Source: Macrostomum lignano (lineage: Eukaryota). Taken from it: DNA of 64,000 bases. Shown in pieces: positions 40,913 through 53,200 of the stretch; the stretch's first letter is position 1; every line of letters begins with the position of its first letter. Location: contig NIVC01000507.1 in NCBI GenBank assembly GCA_002269645.1, positions 496,001 to 560,000 on the forward strand, read 5' to 3'. Both the position numbers and the translations under genes were made by a program. The notes under the pieces are model-generated. The model was not told the DNA's origin. It was given only the letters and a program-made list of their open reading frames with translations, and did not search any database.

Positions 40913-41257
40913 TCAACCACCTTGGCATCCAATGACCAGACTGGGTTGAGCAATATTGAGTAACTTTAAGCGTTTTAAATTTTTGATTTGAATAAATCAA
41001 GTATTGAATAAGACCCGATAAAATTCAAAGACGTGACGCGAATAGTTAACTTTTTCTAAGAAATCAAACAAAGGCAGCACTGCATGGCGGTAAGAGTAGA
41101 ATGCAAATTCGCAAATTTAATAATTTATTTAACAAACAAAAAATAGAATTTATCTAATTAAATCACAAACAGTGTTTCAAAAATAAAAATAAAAATAGCT
41201 AAGAATTTATATTAATTAGTTCATGAATTTTCTTGCACTGTGTGGTGAGTAAAAGCT

Positions 41258-44200
41258 TTAGAAGAAGGGCACAAGATATACGCTCGTAACTTGCTCATTA
41301 AAAAACTCTGAATACCCGGGACAGGTAGCTAATGACTCTTTTTTCGATGCCCTCGTGAAACTCGAACAAAGTTTAGCAAAATTACAATCAGGGTTAATAA
41401 ACAGCGAATAACACCTCACCTGACCAATTAAAGAGTTCAAAGAAGATAACAGATCTTTAGACTCATTAGTTAAGATAAAGTGGGGAGTGTGGAGTATCTT
41501 TTAGAGCAATAAAATAGAGAATGTGTACACCAATTGGAATGCGAACTAATTAGAATGTACACTCACCAGAATGTACACTCACCAGAATTTACACTCACCA
41601 GAATGTAAACTCACCCAGAGTGTACACTCACCAGAACTCACCAAAGTGGTATCATCAGGAGTGATAAAAATCAACTAATTTACCTATACATTTATTTATT
41701 GTAGCTAATAAATTCAGACAAAAATGAACCCAATCTTAGGACAATATAAAGGTCAGGCATACAAAACAGCGCAAGCCATTATTGAAAAAATAGTAAAAAT
41801 ATTGCAGTAGTATGACAGGCATATACCTGTTCCTCACTTATCTCCTAATATGATTTAATAGTAATATTATCTGCAACCCGTTACTTTACAAAATGTTAGT
41901 TAGCAAATTAAAAACAAGTCGAAACTGTAAAAAAACCATTAATTTTGAAGCTATATTGTGCTCTTGTTTAAAAAATCGCGGTCGTGTTGAAAGGAAAATG
42001 TACATAAAATAGAATTATCATCTGCACAATTTGTCTAAAGTGCACTACAGTACAAAAAACCGATTCAAAGTAGAAAATAAGCTATTAGTGATACATGTAA
42101 AAGCCTCCAAAAATTAGCCGACTCTTACTTCAATCCTCTATAAGGTAAAGCTTCCGACCGACCCTAACCTTCCGTTCAACTTCTAAACTCTCACCGTACG
42201 CGATAAAAAGAATGGGACACCCACCTCAACCTCCGCTGAACTTCTACCCCCTTTACCGTACGCGATAAAAATAGCGAGCCACCCACCTCAACCTCCGCTG
42301 AACTTCTACCCCCCTCACTGTACGCGATAAAAAGAATGGGACACCCACCTCAACCTCCGCTGAACTTTTACCCCCTTACCGTACGCGATAAAAATAGCGA
42401 GACACCCACCTCAACCTCCGCTGAACTTCTACCCCCCTCACTGTACGCGATAAAAAGAGCGGGACACCCACCCCAACCTCCGCTAAACGTCTAACCCCGA
42501 TTTATAAAAAACGGTAATATAAATACGTGTAACAATGCTACTTTTAAATGGACAAACAAAAAAGGTAAAAAAGCTCCGTTTTCAGAGGTGAATTTCAAAC
42601 TGGGAAGCAAACAAAAAGGCACAAAAATAGAAATAACTAACTGCTCTATCACTCGTGGAGGTCTCACAAGGAAAAAACGAAGTATTCTAGAGTTAAAGTT
42701 AAAATTAAGAATATTAAGCATAACAAGTGTGCGAATTTAGTTTTATTGGTCTGGAAAAAAAGAACCAACGCGAAGACGTAGAGGCGCAAAATACTACTAT
42801 TTTAAGTAGCAAAAACAGTGAAATTGGAGAAAACTTAAATAAAAGTAACGAATATTATTTGCGTCAAATTTTATCCACAATTTGCCTTGAAATTTTTTCG
42901 CTTAAATTTTGAAAGCACCTCGCAATCAAATAGACTAGAAGGACACAGATAAGAACAGAATCGTGAATTAGGTCAGTGAAGGGGCTGAGTCGCCACGATC
43001 CCTAGCTGTTTCGATTCCGTAAGCGCGCCCGCGCATTAATTTGAGGCAATTTTGTGCAATAAAAATTGGCCAGAAAGGGGGTGGGTTGTCGCACGATTCA
43101 CAGCCATGAAGGGCCAACGTCCCCCCCCCCCAGGCACAGAGAGTGTACATGCCTGACGATTAGAAAATCAAAAGGGCTGCCATACATCCTTGGCGAGAAG
43201 GCTGAGGGGGGCCAATACCGATTGGTATGGCGCGGAATTTTCCATTAGAGTAACGGGACAGAGGGGCGCCGAACCGCAGCTACTTATAGATAATAGGGGT
43301 TTCCCCAAGGTTATCGTCGTAGTCTGCGCATGCATTATTTAGTGGATGGAAATTTCCAACAGAATGCTCTGTCACTTGTACTTTCCATCAATTCATCTCA
43401 GCAATTCTGTTTGCTCTATTAGCCAATCAGTTTGTTAATTAAGCAAGCAATAGTTTTAAACACGGACTAAACTGTGTAGATGTGCTCAGTTAATGCGACC
43501 TGAAGGCAAATGGATGCCCTGCTCGCGAAGCACCTGCTTCACAATTGTGTGATTGTCGGCTCTCGTATTAATAATGCGACTGCTGTTGGGCGGGACCTCG
43601 CTCTGAAAAAAATCGATGGAAATGGATGCCTTCTGTGGGGGATAGAAAAGTGCTGATGCAGCTCGGATTCAAGTAAGGCTAAGACAAGCCAGGTGAATGA
43701 ATATTTTATGCAATTTAGCAGTACCTACTACACTAGCTAGTCGCTCAGAGAGCGCCTTCTGTCACGATCAACTTATAAATTGCAACATACCTGTCGGGCA
43801 GGTAAGCCCAGAAATTGCAGTATAATTCGATCAGTAAATATCTACACAAAAATATTATGTTATTTTCACTAGGACAATACTGTGGACTACAATGCAGTGT
43901 CAAAAACTAAATTCTATTGGTATATAGTCACACACCTCACTACTCATCTTAGCAAAAGGCATTCTGCTCAAAAAGTGCAATTTCTTAGTTCCGACACCCA
44001 CCAACCACCTTACCAATAAAACTCTGCCCCACAGATGTACACTCTCCGACACCAACCACCCCCATCAGCAATAAAACACTTGCCTAGAGATGTACACTCT
44101 CCGACACCAACCACCCCCATTAGCAATAAAACTCTGCCCCACAGATGTACACTCTCCGACACCAACCACCCCCATCAGCAATAAAACACTTGCCTAGAGA

Positions 44201-47200
44201 TGTACACTCTCCGACACCAACCACCCCCATTAGCAATAAAACACTGCCCCACAGATGTACACTCTCCGACACCAACCACCCCCATCAGCAATAAAACACT
44301 TGCCTAGAGATGTACACTCTCCGACACCAACCACCCCCTTACCAATAAAACTCTGCCCCACAGATGTACACTCTCCGACACCAACCACCCCCATCAGCAA
44401 TAAAACACTTGCCTAGAGATGTACACTCTCCGACACCAACCACCCCCATTAGCAATAAAACACTGCCCCACAGATGTACACTCTCCGACACCAACCACCC
44501 CCATCAGCAATAAAACACTGCCCCTAGAGATGCAAATTAATACGTAAATCTAAAGCTGATACTCGTAGATTTCATTTGTTTCAGTTAGCAACAGGAAAAT
44601 ATTAAGTTGTCAGTAACTCTCATAAGGAAATCGTGGGAATTTATTGACCTGGCCGAATTCAAAGGTGAAAAAAGCCGCGTCACACAGAAAGAGGCTTGCT
44701 CATGAAATACTATTCACCTTTGCGCGATATTAGGGTATCGGGCGTCGCTTTCATCCTTTCAACCCCCTGCCAACCTCTATGAAAATCCGCTCAAAGATTA
44801 TCTATCAAAGACGGAGATTACATCCGATCTGAGCCTAGGGGAGAGCGATGGTATAAATATATTGATGAAGCAAGCCGGACTGGACGAAAAACTTTTCGTC
44901 CTCATCTTACAGTCAGGGGATTTTTATCCGAGACTTTGACGTCACAGACTGCTACTGGTATAAATATATAAATCCCTTAGAAGGTGGGATTTACACAACA
45001 GCTAGCTGGGGTATTTGTTGAGTCTGAGTTTTCAGGATTCTTTCAAGATTCTGTGGGGAATTCTTTGGGAAGATTTTAATTGGGAATTTGTTCGGGAAGA
45101 TTTTACTTAGGGATTTTTTGGGGAAGATTTTATTTGGAGATTTTCTGGGGAAGATTTTAATTAAGGATATTTAGGGAAGGATTTAAATTGGAGAGTTTCT
45201 GGGGAAAATTTGAATTAGGGATTTTTTGAGAAAATTTAAATTCGGCACTTTTTGGGGAAGATTTCAATTGGGGATTTTTTGGGGAGATTTCAATTGGGGA
45301 TTTTTGGGGAGATTTCAATTGGGGATTTTTGGGGAGATTTCAATTGGGGATTTTTGGGGAAGATTTCAATTGGGGATTTTTTGGGGAGATTTCAATTGGG
45401 GATTTTTTGGGGAGATTTCAATTGGGGATTTTTTGGGGAGATTTCAATTGGGGATTTTTGGGGAGATTTCAATTGGGGATTTTTGGGGAGATTTCAATTG
45501 GGGATTTTTGGGGAGATTTCAATTGGGGATTTTTGGGGAGATTTCAATTGGGGATTTTTGGGGGAGATTTTAATTAGGGGATTTTTTGGGGAGATTTCAA
45601 TTGGGGATTTTTTGGGGAGATTTCAATTGGGGATTTTTGGGGGAGATTTCAATTGGGGATTTTTGGGGGAGATTTTAATTAGGGGATTTTTTGGGGAGAT
45701 TTCAATTGGGGATTTTTGGGGGAGATTTTAATTAGGGGATTTTTTGGGGAATATTTCAATTGGGGATTTTTAACGAATCTTTTTTGAGGGATTCTTTATA
45801 AAATATACTCATTTAAAATTACATTACAGATTTTTTAACTCACCCTCGATCTTTCCAAACTGTGTGCACCGCCGCCGCCGCCGCCGGATACCAGATCTGA
45901 AGTTCCGGTGCTCAGCACAGAGACGCTGCCCGGCCTTGAAGTTAGCAGTAGGTTGCGTTGCGTTAGCAAAGAGATACAGTCTCAGAAAGTTAAATGTTAC
46001 TTTTAGCAAATGATGATGTTTCTTAAGAAGCATTATCTAAGATGCGCCGAGTAAATAATATTTAGGGTGGGCTGTGAGTCTTTATCGCTGAGCTGCCCTG
46101 CCCCTAATTATCAACATACCAAAAATCATAAATTTTCTGCTTTTTCATCCTCTTGATAAGAAGTTAAAAGCCAGGTAAAAGTATAAGCACAGCGGTCCAT
46201 TAGCAGATCAGCTTAATCCTATCGTCTAGGCTTCTTAATGAAGTGGCGTTAATCCGCTAGATTTAGGATTTACGTTATTTCACATTTTATCCATCTAAAA
46301 AGCTTCAGAGCAGTCAGTCAGCTGCCTTCCTTTATACGGACGATAATCTGTAGCGAGTTGGGCTTTCTGTTTAGTCCAGGGTGGGCAAATTTTTTTACCT
46401 CAAAGGCCAGATCAACTATCTAGCTCATGGCTGCGGGCCAGATAAGAGAGGTAAGGAGAGGGAATAAAGAAGAGAGAGAAAATATTAGAGATGGGAGAAG
46501 AGAGGAGAGAGGAGAGAAGAGAGAGGATGGTTGAATATATGAGATAGGATGAAAAGAGAGGAGAGATGACAGAGTAGAGAGAACAGAAGAGAGAGAGAGA
46601 GGGAGAGGGAGAGGGAGAGAGAGAGAGAGAGAGAGGGAGAGGAGAGAGGGAGAGAGAGAGAGGGGGAGAGAGAGAGGGGGAGAGGGAGAGAGAGAGAGGG
46701 AGAGAGAGAGAGGGGGAGAGAGAGAGGGAGAGAGAAGAGAGAGAGGGAGAGGAGAGAGGAAGAGAGAGAGGGAGAGGAGAGAGGGAGAGAGGGGGGAGGG
46801 CACCTCCAATCTCAGGCGCTAACACGGTGAAAGGACTGATAAAAGTCAAATTAGTTACGTTTGTCGATTTTTCGAATATTGAATATTCTTCGTCAGGGCG
46901 AGTAAAGCAAAGTTTATTAGTGCGAGTTGTTGTCAATATTTAAAGGCGAGGCGAGTATACACTGTATGTACAATATGAAGAGTCAGAGACTAAAAAACAG
47001 ATTGGTGGCTAAAAGTATAGTACGATAGTACATAGGTCGTACAGACCCGGAGCTTTTTGAAAAAAACTCGAAATAAAATAAATATCTGCAGCTATACAAG
47101 AAGGCCTTAAAGGCCTTAAAGCGTCAGATAATAAATAATAAAGCGAATTCTCGTAGAAAAAACACCAGAAAATAATTTTTTTTGTGAAATAAATTTTGAG

Positions 47201-50200
47201 TCCTGCTGTACTGCACCCGGCGTCAGAGTCGACAAACGCGTATACAAGCAATGGCAGAGGAGCAGAAAAAAAACCACAGAGTAGAGAGAGCGAAAACCCA
47301 TAAAACTGAAAGGGTGCAGTGTACAGCGGCAAAAACAGAATTAATTACATCGCAGGTTCGAGCCGGCTGTGGCAGAGCAGAGTTCGGAGGCTTCTACCCT
47401 TGGTGCAGGCGGGCACCACAGGGGTCTCGCAGTGCCGGGTCACCCTGTCCTTCACCTTGGCAGCCAGCGCGTCGGAGGTCGCACAGTGCGGCAAGATCAG
47501 CGGGATGGCCGGGTTGTGCAGTACACCGGCAAGTTCGTTGGCGCCGTGTGGAATTCGAGTCCTCAGGACCTCGATGAGCTTGGCCTCCTGGCGCTGACGC
47601 CGCTCGTTAGCTCTGGGTCTTGTGCCCTCCCGTGTCCAGGTGCCTGTGAAGGCGAAGTCCGTCAGACTGTGGCCACCGCTGGTGAAGTGGCGGGCCACCG
47701 GAGTGTCGCGGGCGTGCCGAATGTCGCCGATGTGCGCCAGCATGCGGCCGCGGATGCTATTGGCGGTCTCGCCGACGTAGACTGTGTGGTCGCACTGGCG
47801 GCAGATCACGGCATAGACGGCGTTCGTGGCGTTACAGTCGATCCTTTGGCTGATGAGTATCTGGACGGTGGTGGCTTCCGAACCGGGACAGACGCTGTTG
47901 AACTGGGCGTGTGCCTGGCAGCACTTGCAGAGCCGGGCCGGGTTGCGCGGCAGGAAGCCGAACTCCCACCGTCTGGTCGGGTAGAAGCCCAGCTCCGTCA
48001 GCACATCGTACTTGATAATGCGGAGGAAACGCCGGCTGTAGCCTTGGTGCTGCACCAGCTTTTACATCAGCCCGGTGCACGCTGCGTCGAAGTCGGCCAT
48101 CCGGGAGCACTGCTAGGCGTACCTGAGAAGCTGGGACTTCATCACGCCTTGGTAAGTCCGCTTAGGATAGCAGGAGCCGCGGTGGATGAGGGCTCGGCTG
48201 TCAGTGGGCTTGAAATACACCCTGGTTGCCAGGCTCTCGCTGTCGCCTTCGCGGTCCCAGAAGACGGTGATGTCCAGGAAGTTGACCTCTGTGCAGCTGC
48301 TGTAGCTCAGTTGAAGCCGGATGTTCGGGTCGAGGGCATCCAGGTATTGATGGAACTGGACTCGCCTCTGTGCCACGCCACACTCCAAAGACGTCGTCGA
48401 TGTAGCGGAGCCACAGGCTGGGCTTCTGCGGGCTGGTCTCCAGGCCTGTCTGCTCCCAGTAGCCCATGTAGATGTTGCTGTAGCTGGGCTTTTGCGGGCT
48501 GGTCTCCAGGCCTCTCTGCTCCCAGTAGCCCATGTAGATGTTGCTGTAGCTGGGCTTTTGCGGGCTGGTCTCCAGGCCTCTCTGCTCCCAGTAGCCCATG
48601 TAGATGTTGCTGTAGCTGGGCTTTTGCGGGCTGGTCTCCAGGCCTCTCTGCTCCCAGTAGCCCATGTAGATGTTGCTGTAGCTGGGCGCGACCGACTTCC
48701 CCATGGCCGTGCCTTTCACCTGCAGGAAGTATCTGCCGTCAAACTCGAAGTCGTTGCGCCCCAGGTTCAGCTTGAGCAGGCTGAGCAGGCTGGCGTCCGG
48801 GCACCGACTGTCCGGGTGCTCCCTAAAAAGCTCTTCGCACGCACTCGAGACCGGCCTCCGTCGGGATGTTGGTGTACAGGCTGGCAACGTCCATGGTGAG
48901 CAGGAAGGTCTTCTCGGACGCCGGACCGGATGAAGCTGGGCAGCTTGATGACGATCGGCTTCAGGAAGCTGTCGATGAAGCGGCCGCTGGCGTAGGACTC
49001 GCTGTCCACATCAGACACGATGGGCCGGCCCGGAGGAATGTCGCCGAGCGGCCACGACTCGTGGATCTTCGGCAGGATGTAGAAGAGCCACGTGCGGAAC
49101 TCGCTCTTCGGATTAAAGGCGTTGAACTGGCGCCGATCGATTATTCTGCGGTCCAGCAGCGATTGGAAGACAGCGCGAATCATATGGGCTGTGAATCGGC
49201 TGATCGGTGCACTCAGAGGCCGGTAGAACAGCGGGTCCTCCAGCTGACAAAGGCACTCGCGAACATAGTCCTGCCGGTCCAGAATGGCCAGCTGGCTGCC
49301 CGTAGGTCGCGCAGGGCCTCGCTTCCGCCTCGCTGATGTGCGGAGTGTTTCTGCAGTCTCTAACCCCGTCTATGCATGATGTCGTCCAGCTCGTGTAACA
49401 TCGCTTGAGTCTCGGGTCCGAGGCGCTTCGGATCGAGGTAGGGGACAGGCGGCCTGGCCCGTCATCCAAAGCCAGTTGACGCCTGAAGCCCCGAGAGAGA
49501 AAAGGGAAGAGGAGAGAGAGAAGAGATGAGATGAGAGAGAAGATAAAAGAAGGGAGTGAGAATAGATAGGAGGGGAGAGAGGAGAGGGGAGAGAGGAGAG
49601 GAGAGAGAAGCGACAGAAGAGAGAAGAGGGTAGAGATGAGAGAAGAGAGAATACGGGGAGAGAGAAAAGATGAGAGAAAAGAGAAGAGAGAAGAATGGGA
49701 GAGAGGAGAGAGAAGAGGGGAGAATGAAGAAAGGAGGGGAGAGAATAGACAAGAGAAAAGAGGGGAGAGAGGGGAGAGGAGGGGAGAGAGGAGAGAGAAG
49801 AGAGAAGAGGTGAGAGAAGAGGGTAGAGGTGAGAGAGAAGATGGAAGAGAGGAGTGAGAAGAGAAAGGAGAGGAGAGAGGAAAGAGCAGAGAGAAGAGGG
49901 TAGAGAACTGAGAAGAGACACAGCGGGCCGGATAGGGAAGCTTCGCGGTCCGGAGTTTGCCGACACCCCTTGGTTTAGTTGCTAGGCTATTAGAAAATAG
50001 AAGATTGACGCATGCCAGCATTAGGTGCATTCCACTCTTCTTTTCTGTAGATGCAGCAGAGAAAAATTGCCCCATACTAGTTTTATATAGCTATAGCATC
50101 AGGATGTGAGAGGCTGTCATTCTACGAGAATGACACTCGTAGTTTTCCTACGAGTTATAACTTCTTACTCTGCCCCTTTAAAAAAATTGTACTATAGCTA

Positions 50201-53200
50201 CCTGTCAGTCAATTTCGGACACCAAATTCAATGGTAGCTGGGGACCTTCTGGAGTTCAGATTCGCAAGTGCATTGAAAAAGATACATTATTGACGAACGC
50301 AGCACTGAATAGGATTTGGCTGCAGACAGATTCTGTCGAAAATATCAGTCTAGAAAATACACTAAAGAGACAGGAACAGGTGAACTTTTGACAGAACTTT
50401 GCTTTCTTCCCGGTCTCTTGTAGCAGTTCATGAAACTAATAGCTCGATAAATTTTGTAAGTGCATCACGGACACATAATTGCCCTATTTTGGAATTCGGA
50501 ACTACCGAAGGTGAGATATTACTGAAAGTCTGGGGGTTCGATTCTCGACCCAGTCGGAAAAATTTGTGTCCTTGAGCAAGACGCTTAACTCTGCATTGCT
50601 CCAGTTTAACCAGATGTAAAATGGGTGCCAGCATTAGCTGGGGTAATTGAGGGTGTGGCGTGGTGAACCCCCAGTCCATGGACTGAACAGTCTGAGACAA
50701 AAGTCTACCTTCTGAATTATTTACATACAGAGTTCACGCCTTCCTTCCCCAAGATAATAGAGCGTTAAGTGCCAATTAGCTCAAAGTAGAGAAACATTAT
50801 CTATTCAGCCAAGCTCAGTAAGTCACGTCGAGTGTTAGTGAAGTCACATATATAGTCTTGTTTAAACATTATGTACGCGATTTGCTCTCGTTTAGCATGC
50901 TAAGTCTCTTGACGACTAAGTAATACAAAAATACAAAAAAGTCCAAACATTATTCACTGTAGATAAAGCCTATATTGATAGCCATTCTTGACCAAATATT
51001 AGTTCATTCCTTTGCTTTGCTTTGCACTTTTTATTATCGTTGAGAGGAAGGCTTTAATCGACATTTTCCCACTGAGCTATGCATTAGAGATCTTGTCATA
51101 TAGAAGCTGAACAAATTAAAAATTATTTTCAAGCTCTACACGTATTTCGACTTAAACTATTGGCTAAAAAGAGTTGCGATAAAAATTTCTGCAACAAATT
51201 TGAAGCTAGCACGTGTTTTATCCAGAGGGGCTCACGGGTAAAACGCCTCGGACTCTCGCGCCACGACTTTTTGGTTGGCCATTCACCAGCGGTGGCCACA
51301 GTCTGACGGACTTCGCCTTCACAGGCACCTGGACACGGGAGGGCACAAGACCCAGGCCAGCCTGATTCAGGGACGATTCTTAATGCTGATACAGGGACGA
51401 TTCTTAAGTTGATTCAGGGACGATTCTTAATTCTGATTCAGGGACGATTCTTAAGTTGATTCAGGGACGATGCTTAAGGTGATTCAGGGACGATTCTTAA
51501 TGTTGATTCAGGGACGATTCTTAAGTTGATTCAGGGACGATTCTTAAGTTGATTCAGGGACGATGCTTAAGTTGATTCAGGGACGATGCTTAAGTTGATT
51601 CAGGGACGATGCTTAAGTTGATTCAGGGACGATGCTTAAGTTGATTCAGGGACGATTCTTAAGTTGATTCGGGGACGATGCTTAAGTTGATTCAGGGACG
51701 ATGCTTAAGTTGATTCAGGGACGATGCTTAAGTTGATTCAGGGACGATTCTTAAGTTGATTCGGGGACGATTCTTAAGTTGATTCAGGGACGATGCTTAA
51801 GTTGATTCAGGGACGATGCTTAAGGTGATTCAGGGACGATTCTTAAGTTGATTCAGGGACGATTCTTAATGTTGATTCAGGGACGATTCTTAAGTTGATT
51901 CGGGGACGATTCTTAATGTTGATTCAGGGACGATTCTTAATGCTGATTCAGGGACGATTCTTAAGTTGATTCAGGGACGATACTTAAGGTGATTCAGGGA
52001 CGATTATTAATGCTGATTCAGGGACGATTCTTAATGTTGATTCAGGGACGATGCTTAAGGTGATTCAGGGACGATTATTAATGTTGATTCAGGGACGATT
52101 CTTAATGTTGATTCAGGGACGATTCTTAAGGTGATTCAGGGACGATTATTAATGTTGATTCAGGGACGATTCTTAATGTTGATTCAGGGACGATTATTAA
52201 TGTTGATTCAGGGACGATTCTTAAGTTGATTCGGGGACGATTCTTAATGTTGATTCAGGGACGATTCTTAATGCTGATTCAGGAACGATTCTTAAGGTGA
52301 TTCAGGGACGATGCTTAAAGTTGATTCAGGGACGATTCTTAATGTTGATTCGGGGACGATTATTAATGTTGATTCAGGGACGATGCTTAAGGTGATTCAG
52401 GGACGATGCTTAAGGTGATTCAGGGACGATTATTAATGTTGATTCAGGGACGATTCTTAAGTTGATTCGGGGACGATTCTTAATGTTGATTCAGGGACGA
52501 TTCTTAATGCTGATTCAGGGACGATTCTTAAGTTGATTCAGGGACGATACTTAAGGTGATTCAGGGACGATTATTAATGCTGATTCAGGGACGATTCTTA
52601 ATGTTGATTCAGGGACGATGCTTAAGGTGATTCAGGGACGATTATTAATGTTGATTCAGGGACGATTCTTAAGGTGATTCAGGGACGATGCTTAAAGTGA
52701 TTCAGGGACGATTCCTAATGTTGATTCGGGGACGATTATTAATGTTGATTCAGGGACGATTCTTAATGCTGATTCAGGGACGATTCTGAAGTTGATTCAG
52801 AGACGATGCTTAAGGTGATTCAGAGACGATGCTTAATGTTGATTCAGGGACAATTCTTAATGTTGATTCGGGGACGATTATTAATGTTGATTCAGGGACG
52901 ATTCTTAATGTTGATTCAGGGACGATTCTTAATATTGATTCGGGGACGATTCTTAATGTTGATTCAGGGACGATTCTTAATGCTGATTCAGGGACGATGC
53001 TTAAGGTGATTCAGGGACGATGCTTAAGGTGATTCAGGGACGATGCTTAAAGTTGATTCAGGGACGATTCTTAATGTTGATTCAGGGACGATGCTTAAGT
53101 TGATTCAGGGACGATGCTTAATGTTGATTCGGGGACGATTCTTAATGTTGATTCAGGGACGATTCTTAATGCTGATTCAGGGACGATTCTTAATGCTGAT

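Noticed and set aside
46861-46905. Hammerhead-like core on - strand (CTGACGAAG-AATATTCAATATT-CGAAA) downstream of the Penelope ORF
   Set aside because: Core and stem II are present, but I find no stem III with an NUH triplet and no stem I partner; at most a decayed relic. An Infernal search would settle it
47369-48775. 468-aa + strand ORF
   Set aside because: Antisense shadow of the GC-rich Penelope coding region
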